Under the pieces are notes generated by a model. That model saw only the letters and a program-made list of their open reading frames with translations, was not told where the DNA came from and made no database searches. The position numbers were made by a program, and so were the translations under genes. Below are positions 63,589-64,000 of a stretch of DNA of 64,000 bases, piece after piece. The stretch is taken from NCBI GenBank assembly GCA_030770535.1, contig JASVEC010000002.1, positions 496,001-560,000 on the forward strand. The letters run 5' to 3'. Each line of letters opens with the position of its first letter. Within the stretch, counting starts at the first letter, position 1. The stretch is from Batkoa obscura (lineage: Eukaryota).

Positions 63589-64000
63589 TTAAATTGTCAA
63601 AAAATGAGTATATTTCCTTGAATCTGGATGCACACTCATCTCCTTTGATTTAAAATCATTCAACTCCATTTTAATATTCATTGTATTTGCTAGATTTTGT
63701 TCCAAATAATTGACCATTCTACGGTCATATTCTTCCATTGAATAAGTTTCAAAGATAACTACAAATTCATTAAACCGAAATTCTTTCGCACATTTGCTTT
63801 TACCAAGTAAGTTTTTACAATGAGTAGAGATAGTGGAGAGCGGAGTACCATTAGATTTAGTATGCTTTTTAAATTTAAGTTCTTTTTTATCATTATTCAC
63901 TTTTAAACAACCTTTGATATTTTGTTTATCTACTTGAACTGGTACAATTTTCCCATTTTCATTTACAATATAACGATTACCCCCTTTATCTGTAGTTTCA
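63589..64000 (-). CDS. 3' end of a PP1-targeting subunit with a Bni4/Afr1/Phactr-type C-terminus (runs off the window)
   Basis: ETYSMEEYDRR...IKMELNDFKSKEMSVHPDSRKYTHF. The frame stays open to the window edge and includes SILK-like KGCLK. Confidence 0.78.
   Translation of the reverse strand, partial: ETTDKGGNRYIVNENGKIVPVQVDKQNIKGCLKVNNDKKELKFKKHTKSNGTPLSTISTHCKNLLGKSKCAKEFRFNEFVVIFETYSMEEYDRRMVNYLEQNLANTMNIKMELNDFKSKEMSVHPDSRKYTHFLTI

Overview
Very AT-rich eukaryotic DNA with compact genes and short (about 40-95 nt) GT-AG introns. The gene content (Vts1, Oca6-like phosphatase, tricalbin, Sen34, a Bni4/Phactr-type C-terminus and a Ral GTPase) points to an early-diverging fungus, plausibly Zoopagomycota/Entomophthoromycotina; this is inference only. 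The window holds about 23 protein-coding loci and one tRNA-Leu(CAG). It also carries about 33 copies of a ~100-bp MITE with GRGG/CCYC ends and 4-bp A-W-W-T-like target duplications (Sola-like), and four ~464-bp TG...CA solo-LTR-like elements. Highlights: (1) a tandem trio of small secreted prepro-proteins with a conserved single-Lys boundary followed by extremely Tyr-rich tails; (2) a GH47 mannosidase homologue that has lost most catalytic and Ca-binding motifs; (3) three intronless SulP transporters, two sharing a ~99% identical STAS-coding tract, and one of those lacking the conserved TM10 Arg; (4) a secreted Cys-rich gene hidden by a MITE insertion. All alignments were done by eye; no database searches were run.
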